DNA of 64,000 nucleotides from positions 1 to 64,000 of the forward strand of contig JAUCBJ010007758.1 of NCBI GenBank assembly GCA_032718475.1, written 5' to 3'. Below the pieces are notes generated by a model. The model saw only the letters and a program-made list of their open reading frames with translations. It was not told where the DNA came from and did no database searches. Numbering within the stretch: position 1 is the stretch's first letter; the number at the start of each line of letters is the position of its first letter. Of the stretch, positions 38,601 to 52,200 are shown piece by piece. Origin of the DNA: Nemertoderma westbladi (Eukaryota; Animalia; Xenacoelomorpha). A program made the position numbers and the translations under genes.

Positions 38601-39590
38601 TCGCTGATAGTCGAACAGATAAATGTCGATGGCGTCTCTCGTTCGTGGTTTCTCTGAGGTCTCTTCGCCTTCCACTTGAGAAAGGGTGGCATCGGTTGGT
38701 TCTTCATGAGTTAGTCTCTCAGACAGCTGGGATTTCCACTGGTCTGTTTCTTGCACTTGGAGACCTACCCGCTGGAACCAAGTTTTTACAGCAACCTGCA
38801 GCGACGTGTCCTGTCTTCTTTTGGAAGTTTCCTCAAAAGCCGATAGGATTAGTCGAATGCGTAGGGTTCTTTCGCGTACTTGATATAGCAGTTCTTCCTG
38901 CTCTTGAGGTCCTTGGTGTTGTCGAAACAGTTGTTCTTCTAATCTCTCTAAGGAGCCGAAGAATCCCTGCACATATCCTGCTGCCGACCTCTTCCAAACA
39001 GCTGGATCCATTGTATCTTTAGCCACTCCCATCCTGTGTATATCTTCCCAAGTAGCCTCGGACAGATCTAACGGGAGTCCGGGTCCGGGAAAGTTCCATT
39101 GTGACTCGACAATAGACATCAATTCTTCCCTGGCGTATCCCGCATAATCATCTTGGGTCGCTCGCTTATTTCTCGCCCAATCTGCTTGATGTTCCTCCAC
39201 CGCAATCAATATAGTTGTTAGCACTGCGGCAGGAAGGGTGAGAAGGGGGTCCGAGTAGGCTTTAGTCGTCATCTGCAATCCGCGTTCGGGGGTCAGTTCG
39301 ACAGTATCCGAACTACTGGAGCTATCTGATCGCTGGGAACAAGTTTCTTGACTAGGCTGTTGCTGCTGTGGGGCAGCTGCTTCCTGGTTCCGTTTGACTT
39401 GGGCCCGAGTGCCGATGATGGACCTACGGTGTTGGATTAGCTTAGGGTCCGATATCACTACTGGAGGGATGACTTTTCTTTCAGTAGGAGGTGAGCTGAA
39501 CTCCTTTCTTAAACGCTCCACACTCCTATCTGTGTCACAGATGGTTGTATCGATTAGACTGTCTGACAGGTTTTGCTGAGTGTCAGACAT
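32670..39590 (-). pseudogene. gag-pol: X gag-pol (Gag, 3 Zn knuckles, PR, RT, RNase H; integrase deleted)
   Basis: KFNGDEMKW..LSNGEKL, CYNCLRPGH, LLDSGS, YMDD, FGDAS and NPADIAS. Stops at 37530 and 35931, frameshift ~34055, and a jump to the 3' UTR after PLSFDTK. Confidence 0.95.
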
Positions 39591-41662
39591 GTTTAGCTAT
39601 ACAGTTGAATGCCTACTGCTATAGTTACAGTTAAAGCAAGTCTAGTAATTCAGTATGACCGTTGGCCTAGTACCGGTAATTTATTGCAGTATATTAGAAT
39701 ACCGGTATGCACTTATAATATATATAAGTATTGTAAACTAGGTTTGTCACAGAGTACCGGTATATAAATTTAGCACAAATATATATAAATATATAATAGG
39801 CCTATCGTGAATACCGGTATACAGCTTACACTTATAGTATATATAAGTATAATTATGAACTAGAATTAATTACAGGATACCGGTATGATTTCAGCTCGAA
39901 TTTATAGAAATAAATATAATAAGCCTATGGTAAATACCGGTATGTCAATTATTTTAGAATAATTGATTTTCTGAATATTTTAGGGTTACTTGGTTACTTT
40001 AACTTACTTTGTTACCGTTATTTAAGCAGTAGACCAACTGATATTGAGACCTAGTTGTTGTATGGCAGGCCTACTATTTATAAATCGTTTGAGTTGATTT
40101 ATAATAGATATATACCCGTTTAAAATGGGTTTTGTCAATATTTGAAATAAATGTTATTATTTCTGGGGGGTCACTACACAGAAGCTGTGCGCTCTCAGTG
40201 AAGTGCTATTTATTTGACACTAAAACTGATAATTCTAATTTACCTAAGTTACTTAATACTACAAATTACTTACGATACGGGTGAGATTAAATCTCTAATT
40301 AAACACAACAAAAAATATTACGTACGAATTTTTAGGGTAATTTTACAGGAAGTCTACAGACCAGTCTAACAAAGGGTTAGAATTTCTGGTTATTACAACG
40401 GACAGGGTACTACGGTATTTGAAAATAATAAGTAGTAGTAAATATATTGCACTGTCCAGATAAGAAAATACCACCGCCTGACGACCTATAACCGTATCGC
40501 TATAGGTACTACGTTATGTATCACGGAGTGTTCCTACCTAGAAGTTAATTACCGCGGACTACCAGATCCAGCGTGCCTATTAACCACTTTACAACACAAA
40601 TATACTGCCTACACACTAATTACTTCGGAAAGCACTAGTAAATTAGGTACAAGTACTGGTACAACAAATAATCAGTAGTTAAATATACTTGAACAGTTAA
40701 AAGAACCACGGCATCTGCTGGAGTGACCGAAGCACAAAGTCACCAGTCTTTTCCTACGCCAAGCAGCCCGTGTAGTTCCGTTAATTTAACTATAACGGTA
40801 TGTGTAACAAACACAATTACTGTAGGAATAAACTTGGGGACATGAATGTTGCGAATAATCGCATAAACTCTGAATAATAAATATTACGCTACCCGTACAG
40901 AATACTCAAACAAAATACAGACCAAACGCTGGCAGACTACCACCAAGCCTAAATAAACTACTGTATGTGCAGATTCCAAAACGGTTAGTTAGTATGCGTT
41001 CTAACACGGTAGTACGACTTATTCTTTAAGAGGGGATTGACCTTACAGTTATGACTGCCCCAACTTACTAACTGGCACTTTATCAGACAAACTCTACACA
41101 AGCAGCAATCTCTTCAGACCTAATAATAGCTAGACAACAATCCAGCCTACAAAATATCTGAGTAATAACTATTACGGTATCTGAACAGACCACACAAACA
41201 AACACAAGCCAAAACGCTGGCAGAATACTGTCAAGCCTAAATAAACTACAGTATGTGCAGATTCCAAAATTGTTAGTTAGTATGCGTTCTAACACGGTAG
41301 TACGACTTATTCTTTAAGAGGGGATTGACCTTACAGCAATGGCTGCCCCAACTTACTAACTGGCACTCCATCGGACAAACTCCACACACGCCGTAATCTC
41401 TCCAAACCCAACAACAATCTGACAACAGTCAGGCCTACAATTATCTGAACAATCTGAGCAGACTTACACGTCTTCAGCTCAATATTAACTTACTAGGAAA
41501 TAAAACTGACAGAAATAGACCTAAGTAAAATCCCAATAAAAACCAGGCGTCCCCGATTTAATATCGAGACCTACCGGTATACAATAATCAAATCGAATAA
41601 TACTAATGTACTTATACTGGAAGTACCGGTTAGTACAGTTGGGCCTACAGACCTACAGAAGT

Positions 41663-42854
41663 TGTTCGCGCTTTCAGACCTTTGGCAGTTTAACCCGCCA
41701 AATTATGATGTCTTCTAGATATTAAATCGCTTTTCTGCCTACGACAAATATTTGATTCACTACACTAGTCGAAACCAATCCGTGCGCGACCATTCACCCG
41801 CTGGATATTCCCGGGAGATTGGGTTCGACGGTTTAATTTTATTGCTATGTAAGCCTAATGTATTATTCGACTGACAGTATTATATAATCTCTGACAATAT
41901 TATTTACCTTCGGGAATATTAACAGTTCCTTTAGGACGTGGCGCTTTATCTACATAAACAGAGTTATGACTTAAACTACTCACAACGATATGGCTTAATT
42001 ATAATTCACATATATGGCGCATTCTTTAGGAATGCTTCTTTAACAGACTCACTCATACACAATGCTGCACAATACTGCACACTAATCTGCCGATCTTCAC
42101 TGATTTTAGTCACATATAAAAGAAACACAGACTGACTCATGTAGGGTCTATCAAATAACATTAGATTCACTTCAAACCACTTTAACATAAGTCACAATCG
42201 TTTATCTGTAACCTTTCTCTCTTACCTTCGGTATATCAAGAATATTGGGTTTCGGGGTATTTATCGTTATTCCAAATATAATAATTCATCCACAAATATA
42301 ATGAATAACCGACAGTAAATAGCAGTATAAAACAACAACTGAGCACTGATTGTTATGAGTTTGCAATGTTTCAGCAGTCAGTAGTATGCCGTGCGTTAGG
42401 TATGCAGTCCGCAGTTAAAGGATATATGTCCTTATAATTAAACCTGCTAGTGTTAAACTAAAAAGCAGAAAAGCACAAAACACTATAAGCCGTTCTTTCG
42501 TGGCTTTGAAAAACTCGTGACTACGAGAATACCAACTACACTTATTCCCCAAAGCTCCCGTTCAACACAGAGGATGAGCAGTGAGATAGGAATTTTCAGT
42601 TCAGTAGCTCAGGATTGGTTAAAATCCAGGATAACTCAAATTTCTATTGGAAGATACAAAAACAGGCTATGACGCAACCCTCTTAGGCTAGTTGGACGAT
42701 TAACAGAGCCCAGATACCTGCATCCCACAAATCAGCCAATAAGCTGGTAGCTTACACTATTTTAACTATAGATCACTTTGAGAGTATTCTTAGCGACTGG
42801 GGGGGAACTGGCCAACAAGGCAAACGAATCAGTTATCCCACAAAAGCTTTTACA
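41663..42854 (-). repeat. 3' LTR of Y
   Basis: TG..CA termini; almost identical to 57241-58432; PPT-like GGGAGCGG at 42855-42862. Confidence 0.95.
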
Positions 42855-42932
42855 CCGCTCCCAGAAAATGGGATTTAAGTCTATAAAATATACAAAATCA
42901 CAGTTTCTAAAATATAAAAATACTCTAAACAG

Positions 42933-44552
42933 TTAGTCTTTCTTGCGCGGACGGCGTTTACGCAGTTTCTTAAGGCTAGCAAGAGTCCTTTTCTCTTTGG
43001 GGGAAGCCACTTTACTAGGAGGGCCATAACTCCTGGGTGAAGGATGCAATATGATTGCATTAAAAGGTTTGGGTTTACGGTCGGTGTCTCGTCCATTTCG
43101 ATATGCTTCTCCTCGAGCTGATTTTCCTCCGCTTGTCATGGGATACGTTCATCCAAAACTCTCGCAGAGAATAGGGTTTTCTAAGCTTGATATCTTCTTT
43201 GAGATTCGAGGTTTCCCAATCGAACTGAGATAAGGCCAATTCGTTTATCGATTGGACTTAATGTTATAACTTACGTTTATCTGAACAAACGCAGGTTTCT
43301 TTGTTGATCTTTATAGAATAGCGTTTAACTCGTGTCGTACAACGCTCTCCTTCACCTTGATGAAGGGTTGTATTGCGTTAAACGGGACGACCATACGGTT
43401 GGATAGTGATATTAGGTGTCTGCGTCATAATCCGGCTAGGTAAGATGGGCGACTAGCTAGAAATCACTGTCGGAGTGTTACCGATTAATTGTTAGGGTAG
43501 CACTAGATCTTGAACAGTGAATACCGTCCGCGAGGATCCGCGACACCACCAGGATCGCAGGTCTGAGGTCCAACTAGGTTCCACCTTGGTGTAGTGGTTG
43601 CATTGAATTCACATCTCCCGTAGGTCGTGGGTTCGATCCTCACATGGGCCAGGGCAGTTTTCGTATCGGCACGAATGCTTTAAAGGGACCAGCCAGGGCG
43701 CATCTCTGCCTTGCATCCTTAAGTGGTAGCTAAATGAGTACTGGAGTTTCCTCTGGGGAGTAAAGTTCTGGGGGGACCGTACTGGAAATAAGTCGTCAGA
43801 CTTTGTGCGTAATCCCTGGCCTAGTGGCCGAAGAAAATTTACTTTTTTACTTTTTACTTAACTAAGGAACGAGGAGGTTTGGCCGAGTATTACGGGACTC
43901 TGATCATAGGTTTACTCTAGGATCGTTAGAGCCGAGTGAGCATAGGTGATACGTCAAACAAGTTTCGCTCGAAACTCCAGTAAATATAATGAACACCACT
44001 GTGTTTAACACAACGTTTCCGTGGATGTTTATGTCTTTCCGTTTATTGGCTGGGTCTAGGGCATTTACCGTAATAATACCCAAAAACGTACGTCTGGTAG
44101 GGGAAACGCGGATGATATTTATTTGTTGTTACAATGCTTCTATCAAGAATTCCAAATATATGTTGGAGTTACCGCGTTTATTTGTTTCTTTAATGTCTTT
44201 TCTTTCGAGCCGATTTCGAATAGAATTTTCGCATTCGAATTTCAGTTTAGGGTTCCGACTCCGCTGGGCAGGATATATAGTCGACATAGTCCGTATTGTG
44301 TAAATCGATAGGATGATCAGTAGTTAAGAAGACCATATACGTACCATTACGCTGCGTATATCGAGCGGCGAATTTTCTATAGTCCAACTCGCGCGCGAGC
44401 TGCTCTTGGGACATTGGCGGTTCGATATAACGACCATCGTCCTCCGTAGCAGTTGGACTAACGTCGCCGCGTATTAAGCTATCAACAAACGCTTGTAAAA
44501 GTAGAGTATATCGCTCCCCGATACCAAGACCATCTTCTATCAACTCCGTCAT
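42933..44552 (-). pseudogene. Heavily deleted copy of the third ORF in Y
   Basis: N-terminus MTELIEDGLGIGERY..QEQLARELDYRKF and C-terminus LKKLRKRRPRKKD match X ORF3; ~1.3 kb remains versus 3.5 kb in X. Confidence 0.85.
43577..43859 (+). mobile_element. tRNA-derived SINE inserted in Y ORF3
   Basis: Pol III A box TGGTGTAGTGG (43587-43597), B box GGTTCGATCC (43630-43639), central ..AAATGAGTAC.. block, (TTTTAC)n tail and TSD AACTA; absent at the homologous X site (~30295). Confidence 0.85.
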
Positions 44553-46210
44553 ATCTGCTATATATGAGTTTATCCATATTATAATGAGTTTATATTTAGG
44601 CGAGCGGGCGTCGCTGCCTACTCCAATCAACCCCCGGACAGTACGAGATCCTCAGCGCCGATGTGTCGTCGCCGCTGTACTTTCGCCAACGACGTAGCCG
44701 CACAACGACAACGACAACCGGCACAAGTCACTCGACTGTCCGTCCCAAAGTCTTAGATGTACTTCAGGTTTTCCTTGGAGAGTTAGGTTACTTTTACGAT
44801 TGCGACTAGCTACTGTAAACACACCTTAGCAGTAACATTCACCTATAAACTCACAAATACCACACACACCACTTGTCACAAATTACACACATTCGGGCCA
44901 TTTGTCCGTTAGTCAATGCCTTCCAGAATGTCACTGTATTATTATGTATCCTTGGATACTAGTAGTGCGCTATTTATTCCCTATGCTATTCAATGAGACA
45001 AGCTTTCTATTGTTCTTTTAACTCAATTCTAATTCTAGCGTGGTTGTTGCTATGGTGACATTATGCAAAGCTAGCGGTAGAATTAGAGTAATTCCAATGC
45101 ATACAGATCTGGGATGTTATTTAATAGTATTCTTTAATAGTCAATGTTCTGTTTTATACATGACTTTATGAATTTTATCGGCTATTGACTAGGTTTGGGA
45201 GACTTTCGCACACTCATATGCATAATAAGATAAATCTCCGCTCCCTTGATCTATTAATTAATGGAATTTTGGGAATGTTATAAATTGCGAAAAAATGGCA
45301 ATTTATTAAATTCATTAAAAGGCATGAATTTAAATTTATTCCCTGAAATTTTATTATTTGATAATTAAATGGACATATTTTGATTCTAGAATATGTCTGG
45401 GGACACAAGATCCTTAATTCTGTGACAATTGTCTTTTTTAAGAATATCGGTAAATGCTACGATATCTTAATTGACTAGAATTGTGGAAGGATCTGAATTT
45501 TACAGATTTTGATTTATTAGATTCGCAAATATTAAATAATTAATATTTGAGATGGGCACCGATTTATTCCAGAACTTGTCTGGGGACGTTAACCACTGAT
45601 TCTAGAATTTGTCTTTCAAGTATATCGGTGGGTGCCGCGATATCTTAATCGACTAGAATTACAGATGGTCAAAGGGTTTAACAGATTTATTTTGCGTTAT
45701 ACGCTTACTGTTAAAGGGACATCACGCTACTATATGTATTATTTAATATACGGTATGAGAGCAATATCGCACGAAGCAATGTCAGTGTGAAGAGGCAAGT
45801 CGTTTCCAAGGTCTACCCAGAGCTTGGTTTAGCCGAGACACGAGGATCTGAACTTTGCATTCCTAATACTCTGCCTACCAATAATACTTAAATATAGTAG
45901 TGGCTTTATTGTACTTTAATAAGTACTGACATGTCATCTTACTATAGTCTCGCATTTATAATATAATACGGACAGTAAGGAAAGAGAAAAAATAATTATT
46001 TCTTGCCGTCGCACTAAATATATTATAAGTAATTAAGTACGTAATAAACACTAATATATTGCACTAATTTACTAAATATTCTAAAATAACATTTTACTAA
46101 ATAAAATTAAATAAAAACGATTATAATAAAATTACATAGTAATACATACATAAATATAAAATAATAAAAGAATATAAAATAATAGAGTCACACGCCCACT
46201 CCGAACGATA

Positions 46211-49200
46211 TTAAGTTGGGGAGTCCCTAGATGTCGGTTGGATTAGGGAAGTGGTCGTGGGAAGAGTTTCTTGCCTTCCATAGTTTCCGGAGAGCTCTCT
46301 GTCTCTTTCCAGTAAACATAAACGTCCCACTGGGCGATTAAGCTGTTGAGTCTCAAAGACTATCCCTGGTTTCTTAAAGTTCCGCCGCATGACGACGAGC
46401 TCTACTGATCGCACCAAACCATCGCTCGAGATATAAGTCTCGATGATACGTCCTGTTTGCCATCGCTTACGTGGGAGATCGGGGTCCACAATAAGCACCA
46501 TGTCTCCAGCGCTGACGTTTTCTTGCTGCGCAAACCACTTAGTTCGAAGTTGTAGAGTGGGCAGGTAATGTTTCTCAAAATGGTCAGCGAAACGACGGGA
46601 TAGCAACTGCATAAGTTGCCAGGTTCGACGGCAGTACTCGTCTCCGTCTGTGATCTCCGATCGTGGGAGCATGGCTACGGGCTTCTTCAGTAGAAAGTGC
46701 GCGGGTGTTAGCGCTTCCAGGGAATCAGGATTTGAAGAGACTGGCATAAGCGGTCTTTCGTTGAGATAAGCGGCGATTTACTCCATTAACGTCCGCAATA
46801 ATTCGTCGGTGAGATAAGCGCGACAAGGCACAATAAAGTGGAACGCAGTCTTCACGCTCCTAATCAATCTCTCCCAACTTCCTCCCCACCAAGGGGCGTC
46901 GGCGGCGTTGAAGGTCCAGCTAGACGCTGTTATCCTTAGCTGATCGTCCACCTGTCTTTTGTTCCAGTCCTTTACGTAAGCTTGAATTTCGTTGTTGGCG
47001 CCAATGAAGTTCGTTCCCTTATCCGATCTCATCGTGTTACTGGTTCCGAAGCGAGCGATCTGTCGTTGTAAACTCAACACGAAGCTGTTGGTGGAGAGAT
47101 CGTTTACCATATCGAGGTGGATAGCTCTACAAGTCATACAAACGAAGATGACACACCATCTCTTGACTATAGTCCGGGCACGATATACTTCAATAGGGCC
47201 AAATAAATCCACACCGGTATTAGTAAAGGGTGGTTCATAGAAGCTTACTCTTTCCCTAGGTAATTCTGCCTCTCGCTGTGTTAAAGGCCTACTGAATGCT
47301 TTCCTACAGGGTATACAATTCCTAAGAACTTGGTTCAGAGCCCTACGGGGTTTATAAAAATAGTAGCGAGTTCGAATTTCGCTCAGAACTCGTTCTCTCC
47401 CAGCATGGTACAGTTTGCTATGAACATCTACAATCATCTTGATTTGTATATCAAGATTTCTAATAAGTATGGGAAACTTAGTGTCAAAGGATAATGGGGC
47501 GTTTGTTAATCTACCTCCAACACGTATTAACCCATCTATCATGGTACTAGAGAAGCGATCCCTTAAGCGCATCTGTGGATTTCTTAACAACAGGAAATAC
47601 TTATCGGAATCCTCATAGCATTGTAGGAGTCTCAGCATCTGTTTGTTGGTTTCATCATGCTCCTGGTAGCTGATCTTCTCCTTTAGAAACCTGTCGGGTA
47701 TCTTGTATTTAGGAATATCTTTAATAACATGGACTCGTGCAGATGTTGATGGAGCGTCATCGCTATTGGTCTTTGTTCCGGAGTAACGATGATGAAAACA
47801 TCGTTTCAAATAGGTGACGGCTTTACATAGCCGATTCCAGGAACTGTAGTGACGTATAGCTCTCTGCAAGAGAGGTGAGAGTCCTTGCGCGATATCTGGT
47901 ATTCCAAATTTCCAATCCTTGTCACGGATTTCCAAGACTTCTTTCGTCGTGGCGGTGGGTTTCTGATCCAAAGCATCATCTCCGGAAGTAAATAATACAG
48001 ATAGATCAACCGCAGGTTTAAACAACTTCGATTTACTCGCTCGAGTTTTGGGTTTAACTTTCTCCGCTCCCTTGGCCTGTCTGATCTCTGCTGTTGTGAG
48101 ATGGGGTGGCCATTCTTCTTCTTCTCGATAGAGAAAGTCGGGTCCACCTAACCATTCGGGAGTATTTACCAATTCCTTTGGAGTCGCTCCTCGGGACGCG
48201 ATGTCCGCTGGATTAATCGTTCCGGGGCAATGTCTCCATTGGTCCATCGTCGTGCGACTAAGTATGATGGCTACCCTGTTGGTAACGAAGACGCTGAACT
48301 GACAGACTTCATTGGTTATATACTCTAACACGAGTAAAGCGTCGGTCCAATATACAGTTTTCTCTAATGTATAGTCAATCTGTTCGGTTACATTCCGGCC
48401 GATGGCTGTAGCGTATAGAGCCGCCTTTAACTCCGCTCGAGGAACTTTCAACTTGTTGTTGATTAATGCCTTAGAAGTAACCAAGGCGACTTTGATTCCA
48501 TCCGGAGTTTCCACTCTTAGGTAGGCTACTATACCGATTCCCATATCGCTGGCGTCTCCAAACACATGGAGTTGATAGGAATACGTAGGGAGAACATGAC
48601 CAAAATATGAACGGGAAATTATAAACTCCTCGATCGCCGGTAGAGAATCTTCCCATTTCATCCACTGCTTCAGTAATTCCCCTTTAAGTGGATCGTCCCA
48701 TGAGTGGTTTTCAAGCCACATTTGTTGTACTAAACTACGAGCAATCAATATAACTGGGCTAATAAATCCCAATGGATCGAAATAAGTGCTCAGTATACTT
48801 AAGCAAATCCGTTTGGTTCGAACTGGATTATCTCGCTGTTTTAGTTGGAAAAACAGGATATCTCTCTCTGTGTCCCATTTCAAGCCGAGTGTCTTGGTTT
48901 CTGGCAGATCATCTTTGATCAAATCGAGATCTTTCGCTCCGCGATCTTCCGCAGGAATCGACTCCAGAAACTCACGGGAGTTGCTGGTGAATTTGGTTAA
49001 TCGAAATCCACCTCTTTTTAAGCACTCTACCGTTCCCTTAGCGACCTCAATGGCTTCCTCAACTGATGGGAGGGACTTCAGATTGTCGTCCATGTATATG
49101 TCTTTCTTGATGTTGTCGATCACTTCCTTAGAGAATGCCTCTCGGTAGTACGCACTACAGAACAGGCATTGGAAGAGCTTGAGATTATCCCAAAGGCCTG

Positions 49201-52200
49201 GATGGTCATCCAGTACTCCACCGGTTTCTGGTTGAGGTCTCCTTCGGGCCACCATAGAAATCGTAGGCTATCTCGATCCCTATCCAACACTTTGACTTGC
49301 AAGAACATGCCTTCTATATCGGAGGCGAAAGCAATCGAATATTGTCTCAATCTTAAAAGAATTCCCAACAAAGATTGAAGCAAGTTGGGTCCGGGTAACA
49401 ATTCAGAGTTAAGGGATTGACCCATGTAAAGAGCGGAGCCATCAAACACTACTCTCACTTCGTGTGGTTTACCGGGTTTAGGAACGTAATGGTGAGTTAA
49501 ATAATACGTTCTTTCAGTCACAGGTGTTTCTTCCGGTACCCTCTCCGCGTATCCCTTATTAATGAATTTTTCCAGCTGTGTTTGATACATTGCTTTAGCT
49601 GATGAATTAGCCGTAAGGCGTCGATGGAGTTGCGCGATTCTTTTTTCCGCCAAAGGTCTGTTATTGATGAACTTCGGTTCTTTCTTGCGGAAAGGTAAAC
49701 CGACTTCATACCTACCTTGATCTTTGAGGAAACATGTAGTTGTCTCTTGGATCTGCTTGGCCCTTTCCTCTTCCACCGACAAGGCTTTATCGTAGGAATT
49801 GGGCTCTACCGCCTCTTGCGTAAAGAATCGTACAGCATGTTCATCCCGAATCTTGGCATTATGACGCTCAATGACGTCATTTAACTCGTCGTTATAAGCT
49901 TCTCGTTCAGATGGATAGAGAAGTTGACATAAGTTCACTTGGTTTTGCCAAGCCTCGTTTTCCTTAAGGAGATCGATGGTATTCTCCTCATCAAAAAGCT
50001 GGTGAACATCGTTGTTATCTGAGGAGTATGGAATTCCCTCAGTTGAATCGTCTCCCTCACTAGCATCATCTTCCCATTCACTCACCTTGTAGACTCTCTC
50101 TTGCGGTAGTCTTTCTCTGAGTGTTCTACGGGAAGGGCCAGTAAAGTACCAACCTACTCTAGTTCTTACCGCATAGGTCTGTAGGGGCTGCGGTTGAGCA
50201 GGCCGTTTCTCTAACGTCTCCAGCGCCTCATGCGCGTTTTGGCCGATGAGTATTTGCACTCCAGGATAATCAGTCTGGAATCGAGGTATGTTAAGATGTT
50301 GGATGCTCTCATCCTCGTCCCAATTATAAAGGTCTGCTTGGGTAGTAGCGAAGTTCTTTATAGCTACCATTTTCACTGACCTGATGCTATGTTCTCCTAG
50401 TTCGTCCTGTGGGGTGGACAACACGCCTACATAATAATCAGCTGTTATTGTAGATTTCCAAACTTGCATAATGCCTGACATATTGAGCTTAGTTTGGAAC
50501 TTGGGTTGTCCAGCAAATATATCTTCGGCTAACTCTTTATCGATAAATGTTCCTGTGCTGCCGGAGTCCAGGAGGGCGTTCACTACATAACTTCTCTTAG
50601 GTCCGTGAACCCTTACCTGTACCACAGGAAACTCTCGGATTCCTACATTGGAGGATGTCTCTTTCCAAGGTGGTTGTCGTTCAGAAGTAGTTAGAGCAAA
50701 GTCGTTGTCTGGATCCTTTTCATATGTGAGTGCTCGATACACTGCGGTATTTATCATGTAACAGGATTCGTTTTCGTCGGAGAACTCATCTGTATAGAAT
50801 CCTTCCATCTCAGATTGATCAGTATCGTTCACATCACTGAATTGGACATGTAGCTCAGAATCACTTACCTGATTCGGACTATTTCGATCGAATTCAGCGT
50901 GCAACAAGATATGATGTTTCGCACCACACTTTGCACATCTTATGTCCGAGAAACAGGTACGCCGTTGGTGTCCTTGTCTGAGGCAATTATAACATAACCG
51001 CTTATCCCACATAACTTCGCGTCTCTCCGTTAATGATTTCTTTAGAAATTCATCACACCTATTCAAATAGTGGGTCCCGTCACACAGCGCACATTTTGGT
51101 TTGATGTTACTTACCTTATTCTGAGTCACATTGTGTACACTTGCCTTTTCTTCGGGCTTTCTCACCTGAATTCTCTTGGGAGACGTGGGAGGAGTTTTTC
51201 TTACTTGTTCTCTCCTGTCATTTGTTCGAGACTTGAATTTACTTACCTGATCTTTAGGCATTTTATTCACGTAATAAGATCTATCCGTGTCCTTCCCGCT
51301 ATCTTCTCCTTGTGAAGTCTGGCTTTCGCCGTCATCGGTATAACATACTGGTGTTATTTTTCTCCTAGAGACGGGTTTCTCACTTACCTTGTTTTCCGGT
51401 GTTTTCTCCCTAGACAGTTTCAGGAGCTGTAATTTCACTTCTCCATCTAGGAATGACATGAGATCAGCCATGGTAGGGTCTCGCCGTTGTTGTTCCATCA
51501 TATATAACACTTTCTTATCCCAGCGTGTACCTACTCCACCTTTAGGTAACTACTACTAGGATCGGCATGCTGCATTGCAGCTGCATTTTTAAGAATGCTG
51601 TGCCGGCTTGTCAACAAAATTGCACCGCCACAACTCCCTATCACCCATGACATTTGCTAGATCATCCGCATCTTTAAGGCCAGTGTCCTTTAAGATGCGT
51701 CTCAAGAAAGTCATGGGCTGTCCACCATGCTTATTCACTCCATGAGGCTGCCAAAGTACAAGATTATGCACTGGCTGGTCCTCACGGCGAAAGCAATGTC
51801 CTGCAAAGCGGAGGCGATTTTGTTCTAGTGTCAAGCTTGGGGGAACCAATGAGACACCTCCAATGTTATATAGTGTCTGGTTGGAGATGTGTGCATTGTA
51901 CTTGACACAATGAACCCGGCGTAGCATTCTTGTGAATGTGCCATCCAGAGATTTGGTGTCCTCAGCAGTTAGAGCCCAGCATGGACTCCCGTAGAGGAGT
52001 ACTGGAACTACTGCTGCTCTAAATAATCGGACCTTAAGTTTCCGATTAATTCTCGGTGATTTCCAAATCCTGGAAAGCCTATTCAAGGCTGTCCATGCCT
52101 TTCCCTTACGTATTCGAAGGTCCTCACCTGACTTCCGGATCCATGATCCCAGGTAACAGAAGTCGTCCACATGCTCAAGCATACCATCCTTTGAGCTTAT

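Noticed and set aside
38089-38607. Hydrophobic or Cys-rich plus-strand ORFs (also 53664-53941)
   Set aside because: Antisense shadows of the Ala/Glu/Lys coiled-coil repeat in Gag.
41938-42188. Identical small ORFs at 41938/57516 and 42006/57584
   Set aside because: Duplicated only because they lie in the two Y LTRs; no sign they are maintained in the W or X LTRs.
43577-43650. tRNA gene
   Set aside because: A and B boxes are present but there is no clean cloverleaf; it is followed by a SINE body, a repeat tail and a TSD.
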